The translations under genes were made by a program, and so were the position numbers. The notes beneath the pieces were generated by a model that was not told the origin of the DNA, searched no databases, and saw nothing but the letters and a program-made list of their open reading frames with translations. Shown here in pieces: positions 1 through 45,676 of a stretch of DNA of 64,000 bases; position 1 is the stretch's first letter; each line of letters begins with the position of its first letter. This DNA comes from Raja brachyura (lineage: Eukaryota): assembly GCA_963514005.1 (NCBI GenBank), contig OY740812.1:19344001-19408000 (forward strand), read 5' to 3'.

Positions 1-1193
1 CCTTAGGCTTACCAAAATCAACAGTTTGGAACAACATTAAGAGAGCACTGGTGAGCTTACTAATCGCAAAGGGACTGGCAGGCCAAAGAAGACCTCCACA
101 GCTGATGACAGAAGAATTCTCCCTATAAGAAAGAAAAATCTCCCAACACCTGTCCGACAGATCAGAAACACTCTTCAGGAGTCAGGTGTGGATTTCTCAA
201 TGACCACTGTCTGCAGAAGACTTCATGAACAGAAATACAAAAGCTACACTGCAAGATGCAAACCACTGGTTAGCCACAAAAATAGGATGGCCGGGTTACA
301 GTTTGCTAAGTACTTAAATGAGCAACCACAGATCTGGAAAAAGGTCTTGTGGACTAAGACAAAGATTAACTTATATCAGAGTGATGTCAAGAGCAAAGTA
401 TGGAGGAGAAAAGGAACTGCCCAAGATCCAAAGCATACCACCTCATCTGTGAAACACGGTGGTGGGGGTGTTATGGCCTGGGCATGCATGGCTGCTGAAG
501 GAATTGGCTCACTTACCTTCATTGATGATACAACTGCTGATGGTAGTAGCATAATAAATTCTGAAGTGTATAGACACATCCTATCTGCTCAAGTTCAAAA
601 CAAATGCCTCAGAACTCATTGGACGGTGGCTCATTCTACAGCAAGACAATGATCCCAAACACACTGCTAAAGCAACAAAGGAGTTTTTCAAAGCTAAAAA
701 ATGGTCAATTCTTGAGTGGCCAAGTCAATCATCCGATCTGAACCCAATTGAGCATGCCTTTTATATGCTGAAGAGAAAACGGAAGGGGACTAGCCCCCAA
801 AACAAGCATAAGCTAAAGATGGCTGCAATATTGGCCTGGCAGAACATCACCAGAGAAGACACCCAGCAACTGGTGATGTCCATGAATCACAGACTTCAAG
901 CAGTCATTGCATACAAAGGATATGCAACAAAGTACTAAACACCACTACTTTCATTTACATGACATTGCTGTGTCCCAAACATTATGGTGCCCGGAAATGG
1001 GGCGACTACGTATAAACACCGTTGTAATTTCTACATGGTAAAATCAAAATGCATAAAAATACCCTTTTTAAAATCTGACAATGTGCACTTTAACCACATG
1101 TGATTTTTTTTCTATTACAAATCTCAAATTGTGTAGTACAGAGGCAAATAAATAAATGATGGGTCATTGTCTCAAACATTATGGAGGACACTG
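1..1193 (+). mobile_element. Decayed Tc1-family (DD34E, IR/DR-type) DNA transposon; left end lies outside the window
   Basis: Transposase motifs VLWT-KTKINL, SVKHGGGGVMAW and, after a frameshift near 600, QQDNDPKH...WPSQSSDLNPIEH (34 residues between D and E), ending KGYATKY* (TAA 936-938). The right inverted repeat has inner and outer direct repeats (TGTCCCAAACATTATGG ~971, TGTCTCAAACATTATGG ~1168) and ends CACTG at 1193. The first catalytic Asp is deleted. Confidence 0.93.
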
Positions 1194-2589
1194 TGTTTGT
1201 AGCCCAGGCAAAAAAAAGCCACGTCTTTGTAATTACATGGCAGTGCTGGGTTTCGACATGTTTCAGAATAGCCTAAACTCTACCAAAAACACACAGGCAT
1301 AAAACATAAACGGGGTTTAAATTTGGCTGATTTGAACGAGGGACTTGAATAGATGATTTGTTACATCTGCACATAATCTTGGAATTATAATTAGTCCAAA
1401 AAAAATGAAGCTGATGTCAAGCTGCGTGCAACAGCAGGATGTCCAGAGAACAATATTCGTAAGACGATATATAAAAGATTAGCAAATGAACAGATGTTCA
1501 GTACTGAGAAATATAAAGTAACGGATATTGATGGTGAAATACATAAAACAATGATTAAATATGCCACAAAGTGCCCTTGCAATTTGCAAACTCAGTATTT
1601 CAGGTTGAGAATAACTCAGAAAGTTTAACTTCTAGCTGCAGGAACGTGGAATAAGAATCCCAAACCACTGAAGTTTAACATCTTAGATCTATTAAATGGC
1701 ACTAAATAATAACTTGCATGAATAAAGAAGCAAGAATGATGGACTAGCTAAATGACTTCAGGCTGAAGTCATCAATAACCAGAATTACCACACCTTATAT
1801 ACAGTAGTAACTGAAACTTCCTTCCAGAGGCAAGTTACCAAACACCAATGTCTGACCTAATCCATGTAAACGCTATTGGCATATATGACAAAAAGACAAA
1901 AGAATATATTTTTAAAATTCATTTTAATTCTTGCATTATTAGCTGCTATTTGCTCTTCAGCAAAATAATCTGAAGTGGTGGTGATCATTGACGAGGACTT
2001 AATTTTTCAGAATTGGACTTACAAGTCAATTGGACATTGAATTTAAGATATTAAATTGTCTCCATTGTAACATTAAGTTGGCCTTCGCTTTATTTATTGG
2101 GATTTTGTTTTGCTGGAGCTTTAACAGGTCTTTTGACATCAGGTCTAACAAGCTCAGTTCAGTCTGTATTGAAATAAAATGTTCCCAGTTGCTCAATAGA
2201 TCCTATGTCCAGGACTTCAACTTTTCAATCTGTCCCCTGGAATATGCCAATGCTACTGAATCTTATCTTTCCCTCTACATTTATCCCAAGGACCATAACT
2301 GAAATCAAGATTCCACGTGAACCTTTTGACACATTACCATTCTAGCACACAGTATCAAATGTTTTCCCCAGAGTAAATATACACATCCATGTAATTATTG
2401 CCGAGTGCAGTGTTACAAGATTAAGATATCTTAAATTACTTGTCCCAACTTTGTAATCTACCCCCATCTCAATATTGCATTTAATTCTGCAAAGTGAAAA
2501 TACTCTATTTATATAATTAAATATATATTTTTATATACATATAATTAAAATATCAATTCTAATTAGTCTACCTGACAAAAGGATGCTTT

Positions 2590-2735
2590 ATTTTACCTTT
2601 CATCTCAAAGACTTATCTTTGACAATGTGACAGTTGTTCATCAGTGTATTAAAATGTTACTCTGGACTGTGTTGTAAGATAGAGCTTGAATCGTTGATCC
2701 TCCGGCTCAGATGGGCCCCGTTACCATTGAATCAG
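2590..2735 (-). mobile_element. Highly diverged DeuSINE (SacSINE1/AmnSINE1-like) fragment
   Basis: Co-linear resemblance, from memory, to the reverse complement of the tRNA head and central domain (catctcaaagac...tgacaatg...cttgaatc...ctcaga...taccattga); not aligned computationally. Confidence 0.4.
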
Positions 2736-4688
2736 GGCGCTAACATAAAATATAAGTGATCATTAAAGCTCAGGAACATAAAATAAACTTGGCCGAATGG
2801 TCTTAAGCAGCAAGTTCCGATCACCTCTGGCATGTGTGCAATTGCTTTTCTTCTCAGCAGCTGGATCTTATTTAACGGGGACAAAACTTTTAACGATCAT
2901 ATTTTAAATGAATTTTGTACATCAAGACATTTAAAAGGAAAGAGTGAAATTAAAAATTGTTCGAAGACCAGCTCATTTCAAACATATTTTTTCATACAAT
3001 ATTGATAAGTGGCCCAAATATTTATTAAGGCATAAATATTCATGAGGGCATCATAGAATCAACAAAGTAAGACAACGCAAGAGATTACCTCCTGCAAGTT
3101 TACTGGTATTGCTGTATTTAGCATGCATCATTTTTACTGCCAAAGAAAATAAGAGCATAAAGAGAGGCAGAATAGGCTGGGATTTGATCCATCATCCAAT
3201 AAAATCCTATCTCTCCAGGACCACTTCTGTGCCTATCATAATTAACCACCTTGGGTTTGACCCTACAAACATGAATTCTTCATTCATTAACACAACTTAC
3301 TCACCTGCTATTGCAATGTTCATGAACTACTTTTAAAGAGCTGGACTACAGTCCTCCCTGGGTTACATCCAACGCATGGGCAATTTGTACATATAAACAA
3401 GATTATGGATACAACAGGGAGTTTGCCAGCTGCTGTGGGCATCTTCTGTTGGAACAGGGCATTTGTACATGCCTTCTCTCAATAGTCCAACCTTCTCTCT
3501 CTCCCCCCCCCCCCCCCCCGTTCTCCCAATGTGACAACTGGAAGCAGTCGAACCAAGCATTGCTGAGCAGAATCTCTTGCACTTAGTCAGCGGGGCTGGC
3601 TAGCGGTTACTATTTCTGTAACTGCTCACTTTCCAGTCACGTGTCTGTGATCTTTTGTGAAAAATTGTTAATTTCTGACTAAGGATGGGGACTGTTGATA
3701 TCTTGAATACAAAACATCAGAGGAAGATATTTTCTTGAGCTCAAGAGCCTTGTCAGTTGATACTTGCTTGTCAGAAATTGAAATATTCAGTAAGAATGAA
3801 ATTACTGGCCACAAGTGACAAGAACTCAGGAGAAACGTAGAACTGTCCACTCTTCATTAATTTATAGGTAAAGACAGCATCCTACATGTTAATGAACTAT
3901 CACAGGACCAAGTTTCATCTCAACATTGTGTAGTTAAGTCATCTGTAGCCATGGGCAATCTGCAGTAGCACACACATCAATTTAGGCACCCAGTGGCAAC
4001 AGATTGGAATTATAAAGGAGCCAAGACCTCTACTCTTAGCTAGACTGGAACCTGTTGAATAGTTTGCCAGCAGTCATCGTCTGGGATCATACACGAGTAG
4101 ACAATTTGGTTGGATAGGGCTTAACTGTCGGTAGCCATCAATGCCATACATTCCAAATACATTGAAAATGGACTAGAAAAAAAACATACTATTTCCAGAC
4201 ATCACCATGATACAAGCTTTAACTAATTTGTATTTCTGGCATTTGATAGCTTTGTAAATTTCACAAGAATGAGCTTTAAAACATTTTACATTTCATCTCC
4301 ATAACTATCATTTTTACTCCTAGTGCTAAATTATCAGTTACAAGATGGTAGCCTTTTCTTAAATTTAACACTTGGTAGGCACATTCATGGTTTAAATTAA
4401 TTTCTGAGAAAAACTATTCACAAGAATTTAATCAGGTTAGAAGGCTACAAATACCAAGTAAAGGAACGGATTTTAATGTTAGTTTCAGATGCCATTTCCA
4501 TTTTACTTATATTTGGTAGATTTGCATTTCCAAAAATAAATCCACCCGAGAAATAAAAACACAAAAGTCAATTTGATTAACAAAATATTAAATAAATCCA
4601 CATTACAAGTTGTCTATGATGGTCAAATGCATTGCACGTCAGCCTCATACATGGGCTGAAACCTCCAAATTTAAAATGTGGAAATATG

Positions 4689-4978
4689 AACATAGAAACA
4701 TAGAAAATAGGTGCACGAGGCCATTTGGCCCTTCGAGCCAGCACCGCCATTCATTGTGATCATGGCTGATCGTCCCCTATCAATAACCCGTGCCTGCCTT
4801 CTCCCCATATCCATTGACTCCACTAGCCCCTAGAGCTCTATCTAACTCTCTCTTAAATCCATCCAGTGACTTGGCCTCCACTCCTCTCTGTGGCAGGGAA
4901 TTCCATAAATTCACAACTCTCTGGGTGAAAATGTTTTTTTCTCACCTCAGTCTTAAACGACCTCCCCTTTATTCTAAG
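4689..4978 (-). mobile_element. CR1/HER1-type LINE 3' end fragment
   Basis: Nearly identical to 24377-24670; (catagaaa)n tail; reverse strand encodes ...[12 protein letters not shown]. Confidence 0.85.
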
Positions 4979-7241
4979 AATAAAAACATGAGAAACAAAA
5001 ATGAGTTCATTGGATTAGGCCTACTTGGTCAGCTTGTGTCCTGTTTGTTGTCTACAGTACTCACCATTTCTCACAATTGCCAAGTCAATTAGGTCAATTT
5101 TGGGGTAACATTTCTGCAAAAGGTGCTCAAACGAAACCTTCAGGAGGCTGGCCTGGAATTAAATCACCAGCAGCCTGCACAAACATTATTCATCCAATTT
5201 TGCTTTGAAGGCCAGAAGTATACCTGTCCTTACCATGTTAACAGTTTGAGCTTGATATGCAAGGATAATTTATTCCTGGCATCAAACACAACTATGAAAT
5301 AGGCACCAACTATACTGGACACTGAAATCTCATGCACCAATTGCGGTGTACAGCCAAAGCATCTGAAGTCGGCGGAAATGCATCTCATTTGCTTGGTGTC
5401 CATCAATGAATGTAAACACGAGGACTTCTTCTGAGCAATAAAGTGCAAGGATGCCGACCCAATTGTTTTTCCTCAAGCGCCACCTGTACTTCAATTTGAT
5501 TATTTTCATGCATTATAATGGGTAATATCATGCCAAATTCACAATGAGCCACGGGTGCAGGGAATGATCACCCCAGATTATTAAACCAGACTGTAATTTG
5601 CCTTCGAAGCAGCGACTTTAGCAAGATCTGCACCACCCCCCACCCTTCCCAGATTTCTGTCTTTGATCCAAACATGAAAAAGGCTCAAATACATACTTAC
5701 CTAAATGTAAGTATAACTGCATTGTCCACGAAACTCGTAAAATGATTTAACCAAAGCTTTTTAAATTACTGCATAAAATGATTGTTTCAGTGAATATTTA
5801 CTCAATGATATTCATTTATCTTCACATTGGTCGAAGAATACATAATTTATAAAATAACATGCTTAATTTAATTGTAGAATCACTTTGGCAGTCCCTGGAT
5901 GAATAAAATCAGAGCTGGGCAGAGGTTGTTTATTGTTGCAACTGGAAAACCCACTCTCCTCTGCAAATAGTCCAACAAGTGGGGGGAAAAGTAGAAATCA
6001 CCTCACTGCACAAAAGGCTGTGATTTGGCTCAGTATTGCAAATAGTTACTTAGTAAACTTTAAGCAAAGTAGTGGATTGCAACAATGTCTATTTATTGTG
6101 CAAATTGAACAATGTAATACCACATGTTAATGTCAACCCTTTCAGTAAAATATTATCTTGACCCATTTCCTTCGCTCCATAGATGCTGCCTCACCCGCTG
6201 AGTTTCTCCAACATTTTTGTCTATCTTGGGAGGAAGAGATGGGCAAAGGAAATAAGAGTGTTAATTGTTGGAAAATGATTTACAATTCTACAACAAATTC
6301 ACTCCTCCACCCAGTTCTAGACTAATCGAAATGGCTTGGGACATGAATCCATTAGAAGGGATAGCTTGGACTTTAAAAAAAGTTGAACAAAGAACATATA
6401 AAATTTTCAGATATTCCAGAAAGGTGCCATGGAAAATGTGACAAAAAGCTCCACTACTTAGTAAAATCTCTGCAGGGAAAATAAGTGTACCGAATAAAGA
6501 ACACTGGTTACACATTTCTTCTTACTCTCTTTAATTTCATATTTTCAATCAAAATAAGACAATAACAGATTCAGCTTTAAAATGTTTTTTAAATTTCTCC
6601 AATTTATATTATAGTGTTGTGCTGACAGGGACTGCGAATAAAAATATACATTATCATAGATTCTTCACCAGCCTATAAAAAGGACTTTAAATGACTGTTA
6701 CTGTCTAATTTTATTATGCAAAGACCAGGCGACACCTTTTTTCTTCCAATTTAATGAAGTGTACAGTACATGACACATGCAAAACTGCATGAACAGTTAT
6801 ATCCTTAAAATGGCCACTCTCTCTGTAAGCACTGTCTTAGCAAGACAAACCAATTCTGTACACAGTCAGAGGATATAAGCTCATGAGCCAAATCTTCCAT
6901 CATCAGATACTCAATTCTTCACTGGAAGACTTTTCAGTGACGTTAAAAAAAAAATCTGGACTTGTTCCTTCTGGGAACAAGCTTCTGGAAAAGAAAAGGA
7001 CTTGAAAGGAAATTTCTCCTACATGGGACAACCACTTAACACATTAAATTACCTTCTTGCTTTGTTTTTTCCCCTCTTTAGAACACCGTTACTATGACCA
7101 GCTGGTTTGTTGCATTAACAAATGTTTGAAAAGTTGTGTTGTGCAGATCACAGACAGCAATTTAGGATCTACCTAAAATGAGTGTAATGACAGTATGAAA
7201 AGCAAATGAACATGTAAAAAATAAAATTAACAAAATATGAC

Positions 7242-7247
7242 TTTATT
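7242..7247 (-). terminator. Candidate LSM12 polyadenylation signal (AATAAA)
   Basis: TTTATT on the plus strand ~230 nt downstream of the LSM12 stop; a second candidate lies at 6710-6715. Confidence 0.4.
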
Positions 7248-7475
7248 TTTTTTAAAAGCAAACAAAGAAAAAAGGTAATTTATGGTTAGTCAAGTTACAA
7301 TAAGTGTTGTCTTGTATGCTTTTTTTTGTAAAGTCTATTCTCTTCTCGAAGTGGAAATGTCAGCTCACTGTAGATTCTCCCTGGAAAAAACATGTGGACT
7401 ACTCCCTCCCCATCCCAGGAAAAAAAAATCCCCATCCCTCCCCCATCAGGCTCTGCAAAGGACTATTCAAGCCAC

Positions 7476-39840
<32,365 letters not shown>

Positions 39841-41984
39841 AGTGACAAGAGTCACACAGCAGCGCTCCTCTTAATTGCTGCCCAGAAAGAGAAAGAGAAA
39901 GCAACTCGACAACCAGGCCCAAAATCAGGTGGACGGTGGAATACTCTGCACCAATGCAACTCCAGAGGACAAAGCACATGCACAGATGAGACCTCAATCT
40001 GTACCATCCACAAGGTGCACCACATAGCAACTCACTTTGGTAGCATCTCACACCCGTGACCTTCACCAACCAGGACAAGGGCAGCAAGCACATGGAGAAA
40101 ACAAAATCACAGAGTGTAGAAATAAGGAACTGTAGATACTGGTTTACAATCTCCATTGCACCACCTGTAATTGAAATAACAATTGCTCATTAATTAAATA
40201 CATATTCAATTATATATTTGGTTTCTATTTGAAATACCAAAATTTGAAATTGCACTACTCTGGAGAAAAGTTTGTGTTTATATGCAAAGATATCTTGAGA
40301 GATATCACAGATTTTAAAGTCTGAAGACTGGTCCCGATCTGAAATGCCTCCTATCTATGTTATCCAGCTATGCTGCCTGTTGAGTTACTCCAGCACTTTG
40401 TGCCCACAGCCTTAAAATTTGTTTTAAAATTGAATCAGTTTTGTAATTTGAGAGGTACAGCGACCAATTTACAGACAGACATTTTCAACAACAGCCTATT
40501 CCTCCCTTTCCTCCAACATTTCCACCAGCATTAACTAATAAACTCGAATTGACTTAACATTCACTATGTTTTAATACATGTGTTTGTTAATGTTCTCTAC
40601 ACTGCAGTTTGCATCCTACACTGTAATATTCAATCACAGGATTTGAGTATTGTGACAAGAATACTGTATGTCCTACACATCCCCTAAAGGAGTTTAGATA
40701 GATGGTGAACTACTTTATTGAACCTCTGCAGTCCATGCACTGAATGTATTCTCGCAGTGCTTTTGGGTACAAAGTAACAAGATGGTCACCCGTTACGATG
40801 AAGGAACAATAATATTTACAGAACAGAAACAGAAAATTGTTTCCATGTATTTGTTGCCATCTTCCTGTAGAGATCATGTGGGGGTGCTGCCAAAATAAGT
40901 CACGGTGTGTAACGCCAGTTTATCTTGAAAATGGTACACATTTGTGCCTTGGCAATGGTGGTAGGAATGAAGTGTTTAATCCTGAATGATATTACATGTC
41001 ATGAGTTTTGCTGGAGCATTTATGAATGTGGAGTAAGTTCCATCTCATTCCTGCATAGAGTCCTATTGAAAATAGAAGAGCTTTGGAGATCTGGTAATGA
41101 CACTGCCACAGAATTCCTCACCGCTGTCCTAGTATCCACTGTATTCACATTGCATATTTGCTGCTCTTTGAATGTCTTTACAATTAAGCTATTCATCATA
41201 CAATTGGAACATTTTCTTGGAATTCATCCCACGTGACAGAATTTTGTCAAACAAATACTACATATAAAACGACATTCTAGACCATTTTAAGGTAAACAGA
41301 CAATCCAACCAAAGAGATGACAAAGCAAACATATTTCTGATGAAGAAAGAGTTTTACGTTATATATAGTTGAGGTAACATGAACAATCATTTGTATTAAA
41401 TATGAATACAGTAAGTTGGAGGACATGAAAGTTTAAGTTTTAATAAAAGTGTTGGAGTAACTCAAAGGGCCAGACAGTATCTGTGGAGGGAATGGATACT
41501 TGATGATTTGAGTTGGGACCCTCCAAACTTGTGGAATAGGGAGAGAAAGCTAGAAAGGAGAGGTGCAGGTTGGATGAAGCCTGGTAAGTGATAGATGGAT
41601 ACAGGTGAGGGGGGTTTGATTTGAAGATGAATGGTGTAAGTGACAAATGCTGGAGATCAAAAGGGTGTCAAGTGAGGAAAGGAGAGGAGTGAAATGTAAA
41701 GTTGGAGGGAGGACAGGTGGCGGAGGACAGGGCTTTCTCCCCTCCACTACAATCACTGATAAAGGGCCAGGCCTGAAAAGTTACCAGGACATTCCTTCAA
41801 CAAATGCTGATTGTCTCACTGAGATACTCCAGCACTTTGTATTTTTCTCAGGATTCTGGCATCCACAGTTCCTTGTGCCTACAAGTTTTAATAGTTTTGT
41901 CCGATTTAACTTGTGAGTTCAAGAATTAATATTTACTATAAACACAGTTACTTCAGATGGAGACCAAATATATCAGCATATGAC

Positions 41985-42330
41985 TGACACGATGGCACAG
42001 TTATTTGAGCTGCTGCCTTACAGCTCTATCGACCCAAGTTCAATGCTGATCTCCAGTGCTGTCTGTGTGGAGTTCACATGTCCCCCCCTCATGACCAGAA
42101 GAGCTTTATCCAGATGCTCTGGTTTCCTCCCACAATGCCAAAATAATGCGATGGGTTAATTAACTGTGGTACATTGCACCTAACGTGTAGGTGAGGGATA
42201 AAATCTGGGAAAAGTAAACTTGAACTTGGGGAGAATAAAATTGGATTGCTGTGATGTTCGTGTAAATCGGTAATTGATGACCAATGTGGACTCTGTCCAA
42301 AATCACGTGTTTTTATGCTATGTGAATACA
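41985..42330 (+). mobile_element. Diverged HE1-related SINE
   Basis: ggcacag...gctgctgccttacagc...gtgctgtctgtgtggagtt...ggtttcctcccaca. Confidence 0.65.
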
Positions 42331-42979
42331 TTTTAATCACTATCAAGCTCTGAAAGACTTCTCCTTCCCAGGGAACAGCGGAAGAAATTAGGCCAAGATA
42401 ATACCTGTTAATCTTATTTATATCATGTGCTCAGCTAAACTCTTTTGTAGCTATGAATCACTGTCATTTGCATATTGCATATTTATGTAAACAATTTAAT
42501 TCCTAGGTTAAACAAATGTGATTATTTACACTGCTAAAGCAGTAAAGGAATGCAATTTAAAAAATGAAACTTATTCTCCAATATTTCACAGTGTGAAGAA
42601 AAGGACCTTGCATTTTCTGCATGTGTAAAACCAGTCTTACGCAGTCAGGAGGCAGATCATATTTTCAGTGTAACAGATATTGCCTATAATGAACTAAGAT
42701 CATTGGAACATTGCATACAAAGTGTCTCCACTTATTGCAATCATTTATCAACTCTACTGTCAGCTCACTGTCCACCTATCAATTGAACCACGTCAGATGC
42801 TTCAAGTCTGAACCTCTTGCAAATGTCCTTGCTAAACATAAGCCTCTTCCAGCATATGAAAGTATTTTTATCCTGCATAGGCATCAATGAAATTGCAGTT
42901 ATTTTTAGTTATTTGTGCTTAAGGAACAATTTAAGGAACCACTGGCCGACACCTCTCCAAAGTTTCTAATTAGAAGTCT

Positions 42980-43325
42980 CACATTTTTCTCTGGAATGGC
43001 GGAGGTTGACGGGAGACTGGATTGAAGTATATAAAATTATGCAAGGCATAGATTCGATGGACAATCAGAACCTTCTTCCCAAGGTCAGTTGAGAGGGGGG
43101 AAGTTTAATGGTGGTGTGCAGGGCAAATTGTTTACATGGAGAATAGTGGGAACGCATTGCCAGGCATGGTAGTGGAGATACGATAGTGGCATTTAAGAGG
43201 TTTTTAGACAGGCACAGGGCAGTGCAGCGAATATGGATCATGTTCAAACAGATGAGATCAGTTTAACTTGACATCAGGTTCGGCACAAATGGCCCATCCC
43301 TGTGCTGTACTGATCTATGTTTAAT
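42980..43325 (+). mobile_element. CR1/HER1 LINE 3' fragment
   Basis: ggaggttgacgggagac...gaagtatataaaattatg...tgtgctgtactg tail. Confidence 0.7.
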
Positions 43326-44781
43326 GTTTTTAAAAAGTCAATGCTGATAAGTTTCTCTGTCACTTTTGTCCACACCTGGTTTCTGAAAGCATGAGGGCCT
43401 TTTCATGGAGAGGGCGAAGAGAAGGTCATGCCACCACTTCTCTTCCACAGCATTCGGCTTCTTTAGCACATGACTACAATTGCCCTTTCTTTTCTTACTA
43501 AAATATGTCACTTCTCACATTTTAACAATGTATTGCCTCTGCCACACTTTATCTCAATCTCCAGTGATCTAGCAGACATCCACATTTAATAAAGTCTTGA
43601 TAATCTGCTGCATCATTTCCCGAAGGCTCTTGAAATAAATTATACTGTGTCCTAGCACTTTGTCTTCCTTTAACCAAACCAATATACCTGAATTTTCATT
43701 TTATCTAACACCTTGTCCTTCCCCACTTAATAATTCATCTTCTCCTCAATTTCCAATTTTATCATGAAGATGAATATTACATACCTATAAAATATCTCTG
43801 CCACATGCTCAATTTTAGCAGCTCCATTGATGTAAGATTAATGTTGCTTTTGTGGGATTCAGATTATTTTCCTTCTACATAACATCACATCTCTTTGCAA
43901 ATTCTTCTTGAAATCATTTTTCTTGCCTTTTCACATTACCCTATTTGTCATCTTTGCTTGTGCATAATCCTTACAGCTTTATGGTACGTCTTCACTTAGA
44001 ATTGGTTTCTAACAATGCTGCCTGCACTGGTGAGGACTCAGAGGGAGTGCCGTGAGTGCAGTGATCTCGGTGTTTGCGGGGACATGGCTCCATGAGGATA
44101 TCCGGAGTCTTGTGCGAGTGTGGATGGCTTTCTGACTGTTAGGGTGGACAGGGACTGCAGAGAGAGTGACAGCAGTCGGTACAACTCTGGTCACATCACG
44201 GTGAAGGAGCATGTGTGTGGCCCGGACATTGAATTGATGGCTGTGGGTCTTATGCTTATGCTTATGCTGTGTGCCTAGGGGATTCTCACATGTTGCTGTG
44301 GTGGCTGTTTAAGTATATGTTTAATCTGTATTATGTACTGTAGTTATGTATCTTGTTGCTTTTATTGTATGACTGTATGGTAAAGCAAATTTCACTTTAC
44401 CTTGGTACATGTAACAATGAAGGACCGTTGAACCCTTGACAATAAAACACAGAAATAGGCCCTTTGGTCCATTGAGCATGCACCACCAATCAAGCAAGCA
44501 TTTTTACATTAAACATCCTCTGATCCATTTTATTCTCACATTCCTAACAACCCCCTCCTCCCCTACATTTTCCTATTCATCCACGTATTGGAGGCAGATT
44601 ACCGTGGTGGATTAACCTATTGACCTTTACATTTTTTTACGTAGAAAGAAACGAGCATCCAGAAGAAGCCTCACTGTCACATGGAGAACAAGCAAACTTT
44701 ACACAGAGCACCGGAGTTCAGTACTTAAACTTGACTAGAGGTGTGAGACAGCAGACCTATTAGTTGTGCCACTCTGCCACA

Positions 44782-45470
44782 GTTTACTGGTGAAAGTAAA
44801 CATGCAGGTACAGCAGGCAGTGAAGAAAGCAAGTGGCATGTTGGCCTTCATTGCGAGAGGATTTGAGGTTAGGAGCAAGGAGGTCCTAGTGCAGTTGTAC
44901 AGGGCCCCGATGAGACCGCGCCTGGAGTATTGTGTACAATTTTGGTCTCCTAATTTGGGGAAGGACATTATTGCTATTGAGGGAGTGCAGCGTACATTCA
45001 CCAGGTTAATTCCCGGATGGCGAGACTGACATATGATGAAAGAATGGGTTGAGTGGGCTTGAATTCACTGGAATTTAAGAGGATGAGAGGCAATTTTATA
45101 GAAACATGAAATTCTTAAAGGATTAGACAGGCTAGATGCAGGAAAAATGTTCCCGATGTTGTTGGAGTTCAGAACCAGGGGTCGCAGTTTAAGAATAAGT
45201 GGTAGGCCTTTTAGGTCTGAGATGAGCAAAACTATACCCAGAGTTGTGAATCTGTGGAATTATCTGCCACAGGAGGCAATGGAAGCCAATTCACTGGATG
45301 TTTTCAAGAGGGAGTTAGATTTAGCTCTTAGGGCAAAAGCAATCAAGGGATATAGGGAAAAAGCAGGAACGGGTTACTGATATTACATGATCGGTCATGA
45401 TCATATTGAATGGCAGTGCTGGCTCGAAAGGCCGAATAGCCCATTTCTGCACCTATTTTTCTATGTTTCT
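44782..45470 (+). mobile_element. CR1/HER1 LINE 3' fragment
   Basis: QVQQAVKKASGMLAFIARG, LYRAPMRPRLEYCVQFWSP and RVVNLWNYLPQ; tail ...gcacctatttttctatgtttcta. Confidence 0.9.
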
Positions 45471-45489
45471 AAGGATCAGAATATATATA

Positions 45490-45676
45490 CTGTGTAGGAA
45501 GGAACTGCATATCCTGGTTTAAACCCAAGATAGACACAAGCTGGAGTAACTCAGACAGCATCTCTGGAGAAAAGGAATAGGTGACATTTCAGGACTCGAC
45601 CCGAAATGTCAACTATTCCTTTTCTCCAGAGATGTAGTCTGACCCGCTGAGTTATTCTAGATTTTTGTGCCTATCT
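45490..45676. mobile_element. Head-to-head inverted dimer of the PLE-derived short repeat with TSD
   Basis: A minus copy then a plus copy, joined at ~45593; TCAGAATATATA flanks at 45476-45487 and 45677-45688. Confidence 0.75.

Noticed and set aside
2825-2860. Possible third 36-nt phase-1 exon (AAEKKSNCTHAR) of the candidate minus-strand transcript
   Set aside because: The acceptor lacks a pyrimidine tract and the donor (GTGATC) is weak; compatible with chance.
5225-5715. Isolated strong minus-strand donors (ATG|GTAAGG ~5233; TAG|GTAAGT 5701) and an 8-bp inverted repeat
   Set aside because: No convincing paired acceptors or recognisable coding frame; such hexamers are expected by chance over several kb.
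1200-7200. TMEM101 or another expected syntenic neighbour
   Set aside because: No exon resembling TMEM101, NAGS or PYY was recognised.
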